From the sequence record NC_031010.1: a DNA stretch of 64,000 bases. One strand, 5' to 3'. The notes beneath the pieces were generated by a model, which was not told the origin of the DNA, made no database searches, and saw only the letters and a list, made by a program, of their open reading frames with translations. Positions 18,369-26,818 of the stretch are shown here, in pieces (position 1 is the first letter of the stretch; every line of letters starts with the position of its first letter). The position numbers and the translations under genes are program-made.

Positions 18369-19278
18369 CCGTCATTCCGTACAGGCGACGTTGGAAAGAG
18401 AACAGTGGGTCGGTGTCTCGTACATCTTCACCCGCCTTCAACAGACGTGGTGAGCGATACGCATCGTACAGTGCGTTAAGAACGGATTGACGCTCACCCA
18501 TGCGGATAAGGTCGTCCAGTTCAACCGGGGACGAAATAAACGGTTCCAGCGCAGCCTGTTGTTCTTCGGTGAACTCTTTCAGCTGTGACTGGAGCAGGAA
18601 GCGAATCAGTTTGCGATCATCCGCCGTGGAGTTCGGGACAGCGCCAAACTCAGTCTGACAGAGATAGGCCATCCACGGTTTACGGATGCGGAGTGTTTGC
18701 GCATGCGGGTCTGCGATGTAGACCCACTCTTGCTTCTCTGCATCCCATGCAAACTTATAACTAAACGCGAGTAAGTCTGCCAAGCAGTCGATATTCGCGG
18801 CTTCAAGGCCAGAGAACGGGTGATACATTTCACGGTCTTTCTCCACGCTTCCAGTGCCGGCTTCCACCAGTTTGAATAAGTGGGACCAGCTTCCGCAGTA
18901 ATCGCTGCTGTAGCTACGCACGCACACCGGACGCATGCCGAGTTCTTTAAAGGACTCGAACATCAGTTCCAGTGGTGCACTATAGTTCAGTACCGAATCT
19001 GTGAAAAAATACTTGTCGTTGACAAGCTTCCCGGTAAAACCAGAACCGCCTAAGGCGAACTGAATGGATTTCACGTTCAGCTTGCCCACCGTGGCCGCAT
19101 CAATCACGGTGTACTCTTTTTTCGTAAAGTTGCGACCGCGAAGCTTAGGCCATTCAAACTGATCCATGGCAATCAGCCGCAGCTCGTCGTTGATGTGTGC
19201 GTTAACACTGTCCGGTGACGAGATGTGAATTGGGTAATTCATGCTCGTGCGGTACGCAAGATGATCGTTACTCTTCAT
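18352..19278 (-). CDS. Hypothetical accessory protein of the radical SAM cluster
   Basis: A 308-aa ORF with SD AGGGG, lying between the precursors and the radical SAM genes and overlapping the latter. Confidence 0.7.
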   Translation of the reverse strand: MKSNDHLAYRTSMNYPIHISSPDSVNAHINDELRLIAMDQFEWPKLRGRNFTKKEYTVIDAATVGKLNVKSIQFALGGSGFTGKLVNDKYFFTDSVLNYSAPLELMFESFKELGMRPVCVRSYSSDYCGSWSHLFKLVEAGTGSVEKDREMYHPFSGLEAANIDCLADLLAFSYKFAWDAEKQEWVYIADPHAQTLRIRKPWMAYLCQTEFGAVPNSTADDRKLIRFLLQSQLKEFTEEQQAALEPFISSPVELDDLIRMGERQSVLNALYDAYRSPRLLKAGEDVRDTDPLFSFQRRLYGMTDENVK

Positions 19279-19290
19279 TAGGTTCCCCTG

Positions 19291-19500
19291 TTAACTCGGG
19301 AAGGAGACTGATTTCGCACCGCCTGAGCTACTCCAGCTACAGGTTCCGCCGCAGTTGTACGCGCCAGCACGAATCCCACCCAAGTTGTTGGTGTTGTTAC
19401 ACGTTCCACGGTTGGCGATATAATCAACCGCCTGTCCCGTGGTAATATAGCGTTCGATGCTCGCCACGCGGTTACCGATGTCTTTCAAGCTTACTGCCAT
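19291..19500 (-). CDS. Short Cys-containing precursor-like peptide P3
   Basis: MAVSLK leader, NTNNLGG box and CGGTCSW core motif; SD AGGAG. Confidence 0.8.
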   Translation of the reverse strand: MAVSLKDIGNRVASIERYITTGQAVDYIANRGTCNNTNNLGGIRAGAYNCGGTCSWSSSGGAKSVSFPS

Positions 19501-19509
19501 AGCCTACTC

Positions 19510-19938
19510 CTACGGTCCAGAACAGCCTGCTCCACAACTCCCGCCACAGCCACTACCGCAACTTCCCGAGCACCCGCCAGAACATTTGCCTGAACAGTTA
19601 CCCGAGCATGTGCCAGAACAACCGCCGGAGCAGCCGCCGCCACAGTTACCGCCACAGCTGCCACTACAACCACCGGTGCAGCTAGATGAACAGTTGCCCG
19701 AACAGGATGACGAACACCCAGACGAGCAGTTACCCGTACAGCCACCGGAACAGCCGTTACCACACGTCCAGCTACAAGAGCCGTTACAGTGCAGTGCCGC
19801 TGGGGTGAAGCCGTTGAGTAAATCAGCATTATTAGTAGTGCGTCCACCGATGTAGTTTTGCACGCCTGCTTCAGTTTTTAGTGCGGTGTTCTCAATATTG
19901 ACAACACGGTCACGCACCGATTTTAATGAAATCGCCAT
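19510..19938 (-). CDS. CXXX-repeat precursor-like peptide P2
   Basis: A 50-aa leader (MAISLK...NADLLNG) plus 23 perfect CXXX units rich in Gly/Ser, ending CSGP; SD AGGAG. Confidence 0.9.
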   Translation of the reverse strand: MAISLKSVRDRVVNIENTALKTEAGVQNYIGGRTTNNADLLNGFTPAALHCNGSCSWTCGNGCSGGCTGNCSSGCSSSCSGNCSSSCTGGCSGSCGGNCGGGCSGGCSGTCSGNCSGKCSGGCSGSCGSGCGGSCGAGCSGP

Positions 19939-19946
19939 TTCCGCTC

Positions 19947-20336
19947 CTAAGGGCTGCTACAACCAGCACTGCAGTTACTGCTACAGGTGCCAGAGCAACC
20001 GCTAGAGCAGCTGCTGCCACATGAACCTGAACAGCCGCTTGAACAGCCACCAGAACACGAGGATGAGCAACCTCCCCCGCAACCACCAGAACACGAGCCC
20101 GAACAGTTACCTGTACACACGCCGCTACAGCTTCCTGAGCAGCTCGAGCAACCGTGACTACAACCTGACGAACACGTCCAACTGCACGACCCGTTACAAC
20201 GGGCCCACGTATCAGGTTGGCCTGCCAATAGATTCGCATTGTGAACTTTGCTGTTCACCTGCCCCTCTACGGACGCGCCGGTTGCTGCTTGGACTCGGTC
20301 AAGACGGGCACTTAGTTCTTTAAGTGATATCGCCAT
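19947..20336 (-). CDS. CXXX-repeat precursor-like peptide P1
   Basis: A 46-aa leader (MAISLK...NANLLAG) plus 21 Cys (20 CXXX units and one CXX), ending CSSP; SD AAGGGAAGG. Confidence 0.9.
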   Translation of the reverse strand: MAISLKELSARLDRVQAATGASVEGQVNSKVHNANLLAGQPDTWARCNGSCSWTCSSGCSHGCSSCSGSCSGVCTGNCSGSCSGGCGGGCSSSCSGGCSSGCSGSCGSSCSSGCSGTCSSNCSAGCSSP

Positions 20337-20356
20337 TACCTTCCCTTTTTAATAAG

Positions 20357-20390
20357 ACACGGGCACTCGCCATATAGACGAGGCCCGTGT
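20357..20390 (-). promoter_or_regulatory. Inverted repeat with TATG in the loop, upstream of P1
   Basis: ACACGGGC/GCCCGTGT and CTCG/CGAG stems; the minus-strand loop reads TCTATATGG. Confidence 0.45.
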
Positions 20391-20399
20391 GTAATTATA

Positions 20400-21605
20400 T
20401 TAACGTGAACCGGCATCAGCCTGTACATCGTCACGTGTGGTCAAGTTGGCGTTGACGTGCACGTTTGCCTGAACCACGCCGCCATACTGCTTGTGCAGGT
20501 ACTGGGTGTGTGGATCGGCTGCAGACAGGTGGTTAGCGAGCGTCTGGTTAACACTGGCGATGTTGCCCTCGGTCGTGGTGACACGACGGGTCAGTGCGGT
20601 CAGGTCAACACGCAGCTGGTCAATCTGCTGCTGTGCGTCACCGGCTCCGGACTTGAGGTCATCAATCTGGTCTTGCAACCCAACGGCCGTTTGCTTCAAC
20701 TCATTCACGGTTTTCTGTAACGTCAATACCAGTGAATTGAGGTTGGCCACAATCAACGTCATCTTCTGGTAGTTTTGGTCTACCGTGTTCAGTTGGTCGT
20801 TGAAGGTGGTCAGCGAACTGACGATGGCATCAATGCGCCCACCCAGTGCCGTATCAGCAGCCTTAAGGTCGCCAATCTGGACGAGGGTTGCATCGATAGC
20901 TGCCTGCACGCCGGCAATCAACGCACGGATTTCGGTTGCGGTCAAACCATCAATATCGTGGATATCAAGGTTGTGCACGTTACCCGTGGCATTGATGTGG
21001 GCATTCAGCGCGTCCAAGAAGTTATTCTTGATATCGCCGATGATGTCTTTGATTTTCTCAAGCTGAACGGCATCGCCTGAACCAATCGCATCCAGAATAC
21101 CCGAGAGCAGGGTAATGACGTATTCAAAACCAAAGATATCGCCAACGTCTTTAAACGCCGGGGCACCCGGTAGCGTATCCGGGAAATCGATTAAGTCGGC
21201 AAAGTTCACCTTCTTATTATCAATGCCCAGAATCGCAATCGCATTTTCAATCGCAGTCACGTTCGCAGACATTGGCCCACCGACAACCTGAGCGGTCACG
21301 ATGATGTCTGTTGGGATGCTGCTGTTGGTCACTACAACTGCCATCACGACTTCTTTGTTGCCCGAGAGCTTCATGTAGGCCGGATGAGCGAAAATCAGTT
21401 CGTAGTCGGTACCACGTTTATACGGCGTGGTGGGCGAGTTCGTGGCACGCAGTTTAAAACTGTCTGCGTAAAACGGACCTGCCGGAAAAGCAAAAGACCG
21501 GTTAACTTTACCGGAACCCAAGACCACGGGGATACTTACCGCGTTCGATGTCAGAGTTCCTTTAAGGTCAAGCGGATACTGGAAAATAATATCACTCATC
21601 TCCAA
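20400..21605 (-). CDS. Virion fibre-like protein with long coiled coil
   Basis: Shared N-terminal PFY...G.DY domain, HINATGNVH, a long heptad region and C-terminal HLSAADPHTQY (phage fibre motif). The start may be ATG 21599. Confidence 0.7.
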   Translation of the reverse strand: MEMSDIIFQYPLDLKGTLTSNAVSIPVVLGSGKVNRSFAFPAGPFYADSFKLRATNSPTTPYKRGTDYELIFAHPAYMKLSGNKEVVMAVVVTNSSIPTDIIVTAQVVGGPMSANVTAIENAIAILGIDNKKVNFADLIDFPDTLPGAPAFKDVGDIFGFEYVITLLSGILDAIGSGDAVQLEKIKDIIGDIKNNFLDALNAHINATGNVHNLDIHDIDGLTATEIRALIAGVQAAIDATLVQIGDLKAADTALGGRIDAIVSSLTTFNDQLNTVDQNYQKMTLIVANLNSLVLTLQKTVNELKQTAVGLQDQIDDLKSGAGDAQQQIDQLRVDLTALTRRVTTTEGNIASVNQTLANHLSAADPHTQYLHKQYGGVVQANVHVNANLTTRDDVQADAGSR

Positions 21606-21643
21606 GCTCCCTTACGAGAGGGCATCCCTGCCCTCACCAGTGG

Positions 21644-24600
21644 TTAAGACGACAAATTACTCGTTGGGATTAACATAAGATTGATGGTTACCTCACCCAG
21701 CGTGACCATCTTTCCGTCAGGCCCGAAGAACTTCGAGGCGACAACGACTTCCCGGTTCGACCCATTCGCCCGCTCCAAGAACGGCGGACAATAGCTGATT
21801 TCCGGAGCCACCACACTCACTACCCCTGTGGTGTTTGCCACCGGAACATAGACATGGGAGACGGTCTCCAACACGTTGAGGTTACCGGACTGCGTACCCT
21901 GGTCTGAGGTGAATGCCACCACCGATGTCCCGCTCGAGCGAATTAACTCGCGCTCGGTCGTCCCGTTCCAATCGTAGGCAATAAAGGCAATGTGGCAGAT
22001 GGTGCCACCGGCGGTACCTGCCTGAATGACTTCGATCCCAACCGTGTGCTGCCCGTTAGACACCGGGAAGTCCTGGGTGGCGAGCGCGTTTGACCCGTTC
22101 GAGGTAATGCCGGATGCCACACGCACGCCATCAATGTAGACGTGACACATGTCATCCACCGCAAACTTAAGTCGCAGCGTGCCCCCGGTGGTGGTCACTT
22201 TGAACTTGGTCGCATACGTACCGTAGCCCGGAATCGTCCGTGGGTTGATGTCAATCCAGATAAGCCCCAACGCATTTGCATCCGGGTTCTCCGCTGCTGT
22301 CACGGCCACTGCACGGGCAGGAGCCCAGAACAGCTCAGGCAACACTGCCCCGGAATACCACGGCTGGGAAGCCGGGACATAACGGTTAATCAGCGGACGA
22401 GACAACAATGATCCCACCGCCAGTGACAGTGCGGACTGACCCACGTACCCATCACCCGAGGTCGCAATCGGTAACGGTTCCAGCAGACCGAGCGGTGACT
22501 CTGCCCGTTCACGCACCACGTTCGAGCCGTGGCTGTACGCAACCCCCTCATGCTCCTCTAACTGACGTACCGCCCCCAGACGTTTCACCGGGGTAATGTT
22601 CTCCTCGATGATACGGCTGCTGTCGGTCTTGACGTAACCCACGTAAAGCAGGTTACTGCTGTCAGGGTAACGTTCGGTACTGACCCGGTACCGCGCCTTC
22701 GTGGTGCCTTCGTCTGGGTAGACTTCAGCGTGGAAATAGAAGGTCTGGTTTCGGTAGTCACTGAACGCCGACGAGAAGTCAATGCTGTACTGGTCGAGCA
22801 CGTACTCTTTCGAGTTAATGAACAGTCGCTCTGACTCGGTCAGGTAAAGAATCCACCCTTCCGCCGTCTTCACGCCCGCCAACACCACCGGTTGCGCATT
22901 CGCCGGGGAACCAAACGGACTGGCCATGAAGTCCGCAATCGGATACGCGTCGCCTGAGGAGAACACCGGGTCCAGTTTGAAATACGAATTCACCATCGCA
23001 TTCAAATCTTTCACCCACACCCACGTGTTTGGGCTGTACGTTGGTCGGTCAAGCCCCAGTGCCCCGGTGGAGCTGGTCCACTGGTTACCGGTCAGGGTCA
23101 ACACCGCACGGAAGTTCAATGCACCCCCATTCCCGACTTGGGCGATACGCAGCACGGACGGCAGATAGAGCACAAACTTCTGCCCATCGTTGGACACGAG
23201 TTGCGGCTGACCAAAGCGGCGGTCTTTTCCACCAAAGCTGAAATCCAATCCGACGTTGGCGATGTTCAAGTCAAGGTCGTTCTGGAACGTCAACAGTTGG
23301 AGGGTGCTGGAGCTAAACGCGAGAATCCCGTTGGAAACCGACGGGTACATCACAAAGTAGTAATGGTCGATTTTATTCACACCGTCTACAAAGCGTTGTG
23401 CCGTGGCCTGTCCCAAGAAGAGCTGCTGCGGTGTCCCAATCGCAAAGCCCCACAGTGCGACATACAGTTTCCCGATTTGGTCAGCGGCCATCAGTCGCTC
23501 GGATGCGTAGCCGTTCGCTGCACCCGCTGGGGCGTTAGCCAACATGATACTGCGGACTTTCGCCCACTCGGTATCGTTCAGCGTCAGTTTGTCGGCGGTA
23601 AAGTTCGGGTTCCCGGTCACGTTCTTGTACTGCACCGTTTCAGGCTTAGTAAAGAAGCACCCGTTCAGCGTGCCTTTATCTGCCGCATTCACTTTCACCA
23701 TCGCCAGCTGGGACATCGCAGCGTAGGTTGCCGTGGTGATAACACGCCGGTTGTTGGTTGGACCAAAGCCCCCGTAACCCGGTACGTCGTAATCCGTGTC
23801 GGTTGAATACAACACCTCAACGCACAACGCATCCTTGGTACCGGTGAGCCAGATGGCTTTAGAGTCCCCACCGAAGAACAGCGGGTAGGCCATGCCAGAG
23901 GCGTACACAGACCCACGTCCTTGGTCGAGTTTGGTGGTGTTACCCACAACCGCACCTGTCGTCACATCGGCTGACAACGAGTCGTAATGGTCACCCCCGC
24001 CCGGAACACCCATCGTGACTATCTGCACCGGGACATCACTGTCATTACCAACCGAAAGCACAGCGACCTTGTCATCGTGGTGTGCCACAAAGGCACGCTG
24101 GTTGGCTTGGGTCCCTGTCCACTTCAGTGGGTAGTTCGTGGTCAACAAATCCACGCCGGTTTTGTACTTCGCACCGGTATCCAGTAACTGCAGTGGGAAG
24201 ATTTCCGGGTGCTCCAGTGTCACCGTCAGGGTATCGAAGTCGAGCGTGAATGTCGTGTACCAGTTCTTGAAGCTCAATGACTCGGTTGCTTTCGCCAGCC
24301 AAATCGTTGGCGTCATTGCCACCCGTAACACTTCATCCTCTTGCCCCAACACCCGGTTACACGTTGGCCCGTGCACCAGATTGCGCCCTACCGTGAAGGT
24401 ACTGAGTGCGGCTGGGCTGATGTACGCTACCCGGTCGGTCTCGGTGTTGGCGGTGTCGTACCCCCCTTCGGCACGGAGCAGTAACCACGAACCTGCCACG
24501 CCCTTCATCCCGTTCAAGGTTTCAAGGGTAAAGGCCACGTCTTGTGCGCCGATGCTATTGAGTGAAACCGACGCCAAGGCCACACGGTAACTGTCGTTCG

Positions 24601-26731
24601 CCAGTCGGGTGCGCAGCAGATACACTTTACTGCCGTAGACCACGAGGTCATCCGTTTCCCCGGCGGGCACCATTGCCGCATTACTGCCTGCCACATCCAT
24701 GATGGTCGGGAACGTCACTCGCACCACATTCAGGTGGCGATTGTGGTCGGCTGTCCCGGCGAGGTCAACGAGGTAATACGCCCCGTCGCTGCCTAAACAG
24801 ATAAGGGCATCCTGCCCCGGCACCACCACTGCACTGAGTGTCACCCCCGGGTACTTGGTGGTCATCCCGGCTGGCTGATAGCGCTGTGAAGTTTGTTGGA
24901 CGTTGCTGAGCGTGTTGTCGTCGTTAAAGGTACCGTAAGCGTAATAGATGTGGCGATCAGTCAGACCGTCCGTTCCGTTACGCAGAATATACAACCGGTC
25001 CCCTTCAAAACGCATCGCCCCGTAGAACTGGCTGTTGTTCTTGCCATACCCTTCGTAGTTACCCTGTGCCGGGATAGGCAGGAACCCGAGGTTGCCGTAC
25101 GACGCCCCAATAACCGCCCACGTTGGAATCAGACCGTTGGCTTTGCTTTCCAAATCCGCCAAAGTCTTCTCAAAGAGATACCCCTGTTTAGCCGTCACCA
25201 CACGGTCTGTGCTGGCATCGATAATATCCCAGAGTAACACCAAGCCGGCTGCCGAAGAGCTGGCGTAGGGTACGTTGGTCACGTCTGCGAGGGTATGGGT
25301 GTGGTTGGTCAGGGATTTGTTGGCCACGGCGGCGGTTAACGCTTTGGTTACCGGCTTATCAAGCGGTGCGGTGTTCTGCATCTTCTCGACACCGACGTCC
25401 GCAGGCGTCAGGGTTAAGGTCTGGTCTGCATCAAAACCTTTGCCGTTGACGGTGTAAGTGTCATCGACGTAGTTCCCCAGCAAATCCCGCATCGCGGTAA
25501 TACCCGCCTGTGAAATTGCATAACCGTCACTGAGTGAGGTACGGTTGGACGTGACCTTGATCAGACCCCGCACCCCCACTGAGGCTTCGGGCAGGTTCGC
25601 TTCCAGACGGAACGGGGCGTAGGACTTGCCTGACCCGTAGACCTTCACGGTTTCCGTAGAGGACATGTACGCGTTAGCTGCTTTGAGTTTCACCTCGTGC
25701 AGGTACATCTCCACCATGTCGGGTGTAATCAAATACACCCCGTTGAAGACCGGAGCCAATGCATCAGGGCCCGAGTGCACCATTAAGGTGTTCAGCCCCG
25801 CTGACATCTCCACCGCCACACCCGGGTTCGTGTTCGCACTGTCTGCGGTGAACCGTAAAGTCTTTTTGGTGGAGACCAACACGTTCGGCCCTTTGAAGGT
25901 GATAACGTGGTCGTTGTTGGCGGTGGTGTACGTCAGGACATTGTTGTTGAGAACACGCAAGCGACCGAACACGTCATTAAACGCGGTGTCGTTACGCATC
26001 AGCAAATCAACGTGCTTTTGCTGCAAACCGGTTGTGGCCATCAGGGTCACGAGCTGGTCAATGGTGCGACCAAATGCCCGGGTGGCGTCCACGGCTTTAT
26101 CCGTGACCTTCAAGGCCCCGATGTCATCCGCAGTGTACGAATGCCCGTGGGACTTCAGCAGGTGGTGCTGATACATCCCATCGTCGAACACTTTCTTGCC
26201 GGTTTGATAGATGAGCTCAGTGACTTCACTGTACGCGGCATCCATGTCCCCTGCCCGCTTAATCAGGCCCAAACGAATGTCATTTAACGCGGAGACAATC
26301 TCATCGCGGGCAATGGCTTCGTCCAAGTCCTGTGGCGGGTCGATAGCTGGAATGGTCGGCGCATAGCGCATCAACGCAGACCAGTCTTCGTTACGGGGGT
26401 CTTTCAGGTCACTGCTGACCAGCCATTTGCCAATCTCGCTCTGCGGTACGCGGTAATCACGCCCCACAGCGTAGATGCTGTATTTGATGGCATCGTGGTT
26501 CAGCAGCATTATCCCGCCAAACACCGCGGCTTGGAATGCCTCAGCGGCTTCTTTGTAATAGTAGCCGAGGTAATAGTCCATGCCCTCGATAAGCGGGACA
26601 TCATTTAAATCGGTGATAACCAGCCCGGTGCGGTAGAAAGGGCCTTCCGGCGGAATAACCGTATTGAAACGGTTTGGGAACGTCGAGACTTTCAACGTGC
26701 CTTCAAACTGGGCCGGGGTTTCCGTCGCCAT
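21644..26731 (-). CDS. Long tail fibre protein (1695 aa)
   Basis: N-terminal GPFY...GMDY; fibre repeats PEASVGVRGLI and PYASSSAAGLV; TPADVGV..NTAPLDKPV; C-terminal lectin/PA14-like segment AVDDMCHVYIDG...GQHTVGIEV. Confidence 0.8.
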   Translation of the reverse strand: MATETPAQFEGTLKVSTFPNRFNTVIPPEGPFYRTGLVITDLNDVPLIEGMDYYLGYYYKEAAEAFQAAVFGGIMLLNHDAIKYSIYAVGRDYRVPQSEIGKWLVSSDLKDPRNEDWSALMRYAPTIPAIDPPQDLDEAIARDEIVSALNDIRLGLIKRAGDMDAAYSEVTELIYQTGKKVFDDGMYQHHLLKSHGHSYTADDIGALKVTDKAVDATRAFGRTIDQLVTLMATTGLQQKHVDLLMRNDTAFNDVFGRLRVLNNNVLTYTTANNDHVITFKGPNVLVSTKKTLRFTADSANTNPGVAVEMSAGLNTLMVHSGPDALAPVFNGVYLITPDMVEMYLHEVKLKAANAYMSSTETVKVYGSGKSYAPFRLEANLPEASVGVRGLIKVTSNRTSLSDGYAISQAGITAMRDLLGNYVDDTYTVNGKGFDADQTLTLTPADVGVEKMQNTAPLDKPVTKALTAAVANKSLTNHTHTLADVTNVPYASSSAAGLVLLWDIIDASTDRVVTAKQGYLFEKTLADLESKANGLIPTWAVIGASYGNLGFLPIPAQGNYEGYGKNNSQFYGAMRFEGDRLYILRNGTDGLTDRHIYYAYGTFNDDNTLSNVQQTSQRYQPAGMTTKYPGVTLSAVVVPGQDALICLGSDGAYYLVDLAGTADHNRHLNVVRVTFPTIMDVAGSNAAMVPAGETDDLVVYGSKVYLLRTRLANDSYRVALASVSLNSIGAQDVAFTLETLNGMKGVAGSWLLLRAEGGYDTANTETDRVAYISPAALSTFTVGRNLVHGPTCNRVLGQEDEVLRVAMTPTIWLAKATESLSFKNWYTTFTLDFDTLTVTLEHPEIFPLQLLDTGAKYKTGVDLLTTNYPLKWTGTQANQRAFVAHHDDKVAVLSVGNDSDVPVQIVTMGVPGGGDHYDSLSADVTTGAVVGNTTKLDQGRGSVYASGMAYPLFFGGDSKAIWLTGTKDALCVEVLYSTDTDYDVPGYGGFGPTNNRRVITTATYAAMSQLAMVKVNAADKGTLNGCFFTKPETVQYKNVTGNPNFTADKLTLNDTEWAKVRSIMLANAPAGAANGYASERLMAADQIGKLYVALWGFAIGTPQQLFLGQATAQRFVDGVNKIDHYYFVMYPSVSNGILAFSSSTLQLLTFQNDLDLNIANVGLDFSFGGKDRRFGQPQLVSNDGQKFVLYLPSVLRIAQVGNGGALNFRAVLTLTGNQWTSSTGALGLDRPTYSPNTWVWVKDLNAMVNSYFKLDPVFSSGDAYPIADFMASPFGSPANAQPVVLAGVKTAEGWILYLTESERLFINSKEYVLDQYSIDFSSAFSDYRNQTFYFHAEVYPDEGTTKARYRVSTERYPDSSNLLYVGYVKTDSSRIIEENITPVKRLGAVRQLEEHEGVAYSHGSNVVRERAESPLGLLEPLPIATSGDGYVGQSALSLAVGSLLSRPLINRYVPASQPWYSGAVLPELFWAPARAVAVTAAENPDANALGLIWIDINPRTIPGYGTYATKFKVTTTGGTLRLKFAVDDMCHVYIDGVRVASGITSNGSNALATQDFPVSNGQHTVGIEVIQAGTAGGTICHIAFIAYDWNGTTERELIRSSGTSVVAFTSDQGTQSGNLNVLETVSHVYVPVANTTGVVSVVAPEISYCPPFLERANGSNREVVVASKFFGPDGKMVTLGEVTINLMLIPTSNLSS

Positions 26732-26763
26732 GTGTAAACTCCCACTTCTTAAAGAAAACGGAA

Positions 26764-26809
26764 GCCGTCCCCCGAGAGGGACGGCGCTTACGGACGGGTT
26801 GTCCGTAAG
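26764..26809 (-). terminator. Tandem hairpins between fibre genes; the second on the minus strand is terminator-like
   Basis: CTTACGGAC/GTCCGTAAG and GCCGTCCC/GGGACGGC, the latter followed on the minus strand by TTCCGTTTTCTTT. Confidence 0.6.
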
Positions 26810-26818
26810 GACTTCCCG

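Noticed and set aside
19510-20200. CRISPR array or DNA microsatellite
   Set aside because: There is no identical repeat-spacer structure; the periodicity is at amino-acid level with variable codons.
19457-20323. Alternative-frame and antisense ORFs over the Cys-rich genes (19457..19855, 19491..19847, 19910..20239, 20021..20323)
   Set aside because: These are by-products of the low-complexity repeats. The Cys frames have SD sites, shared leaders and operon spacing.
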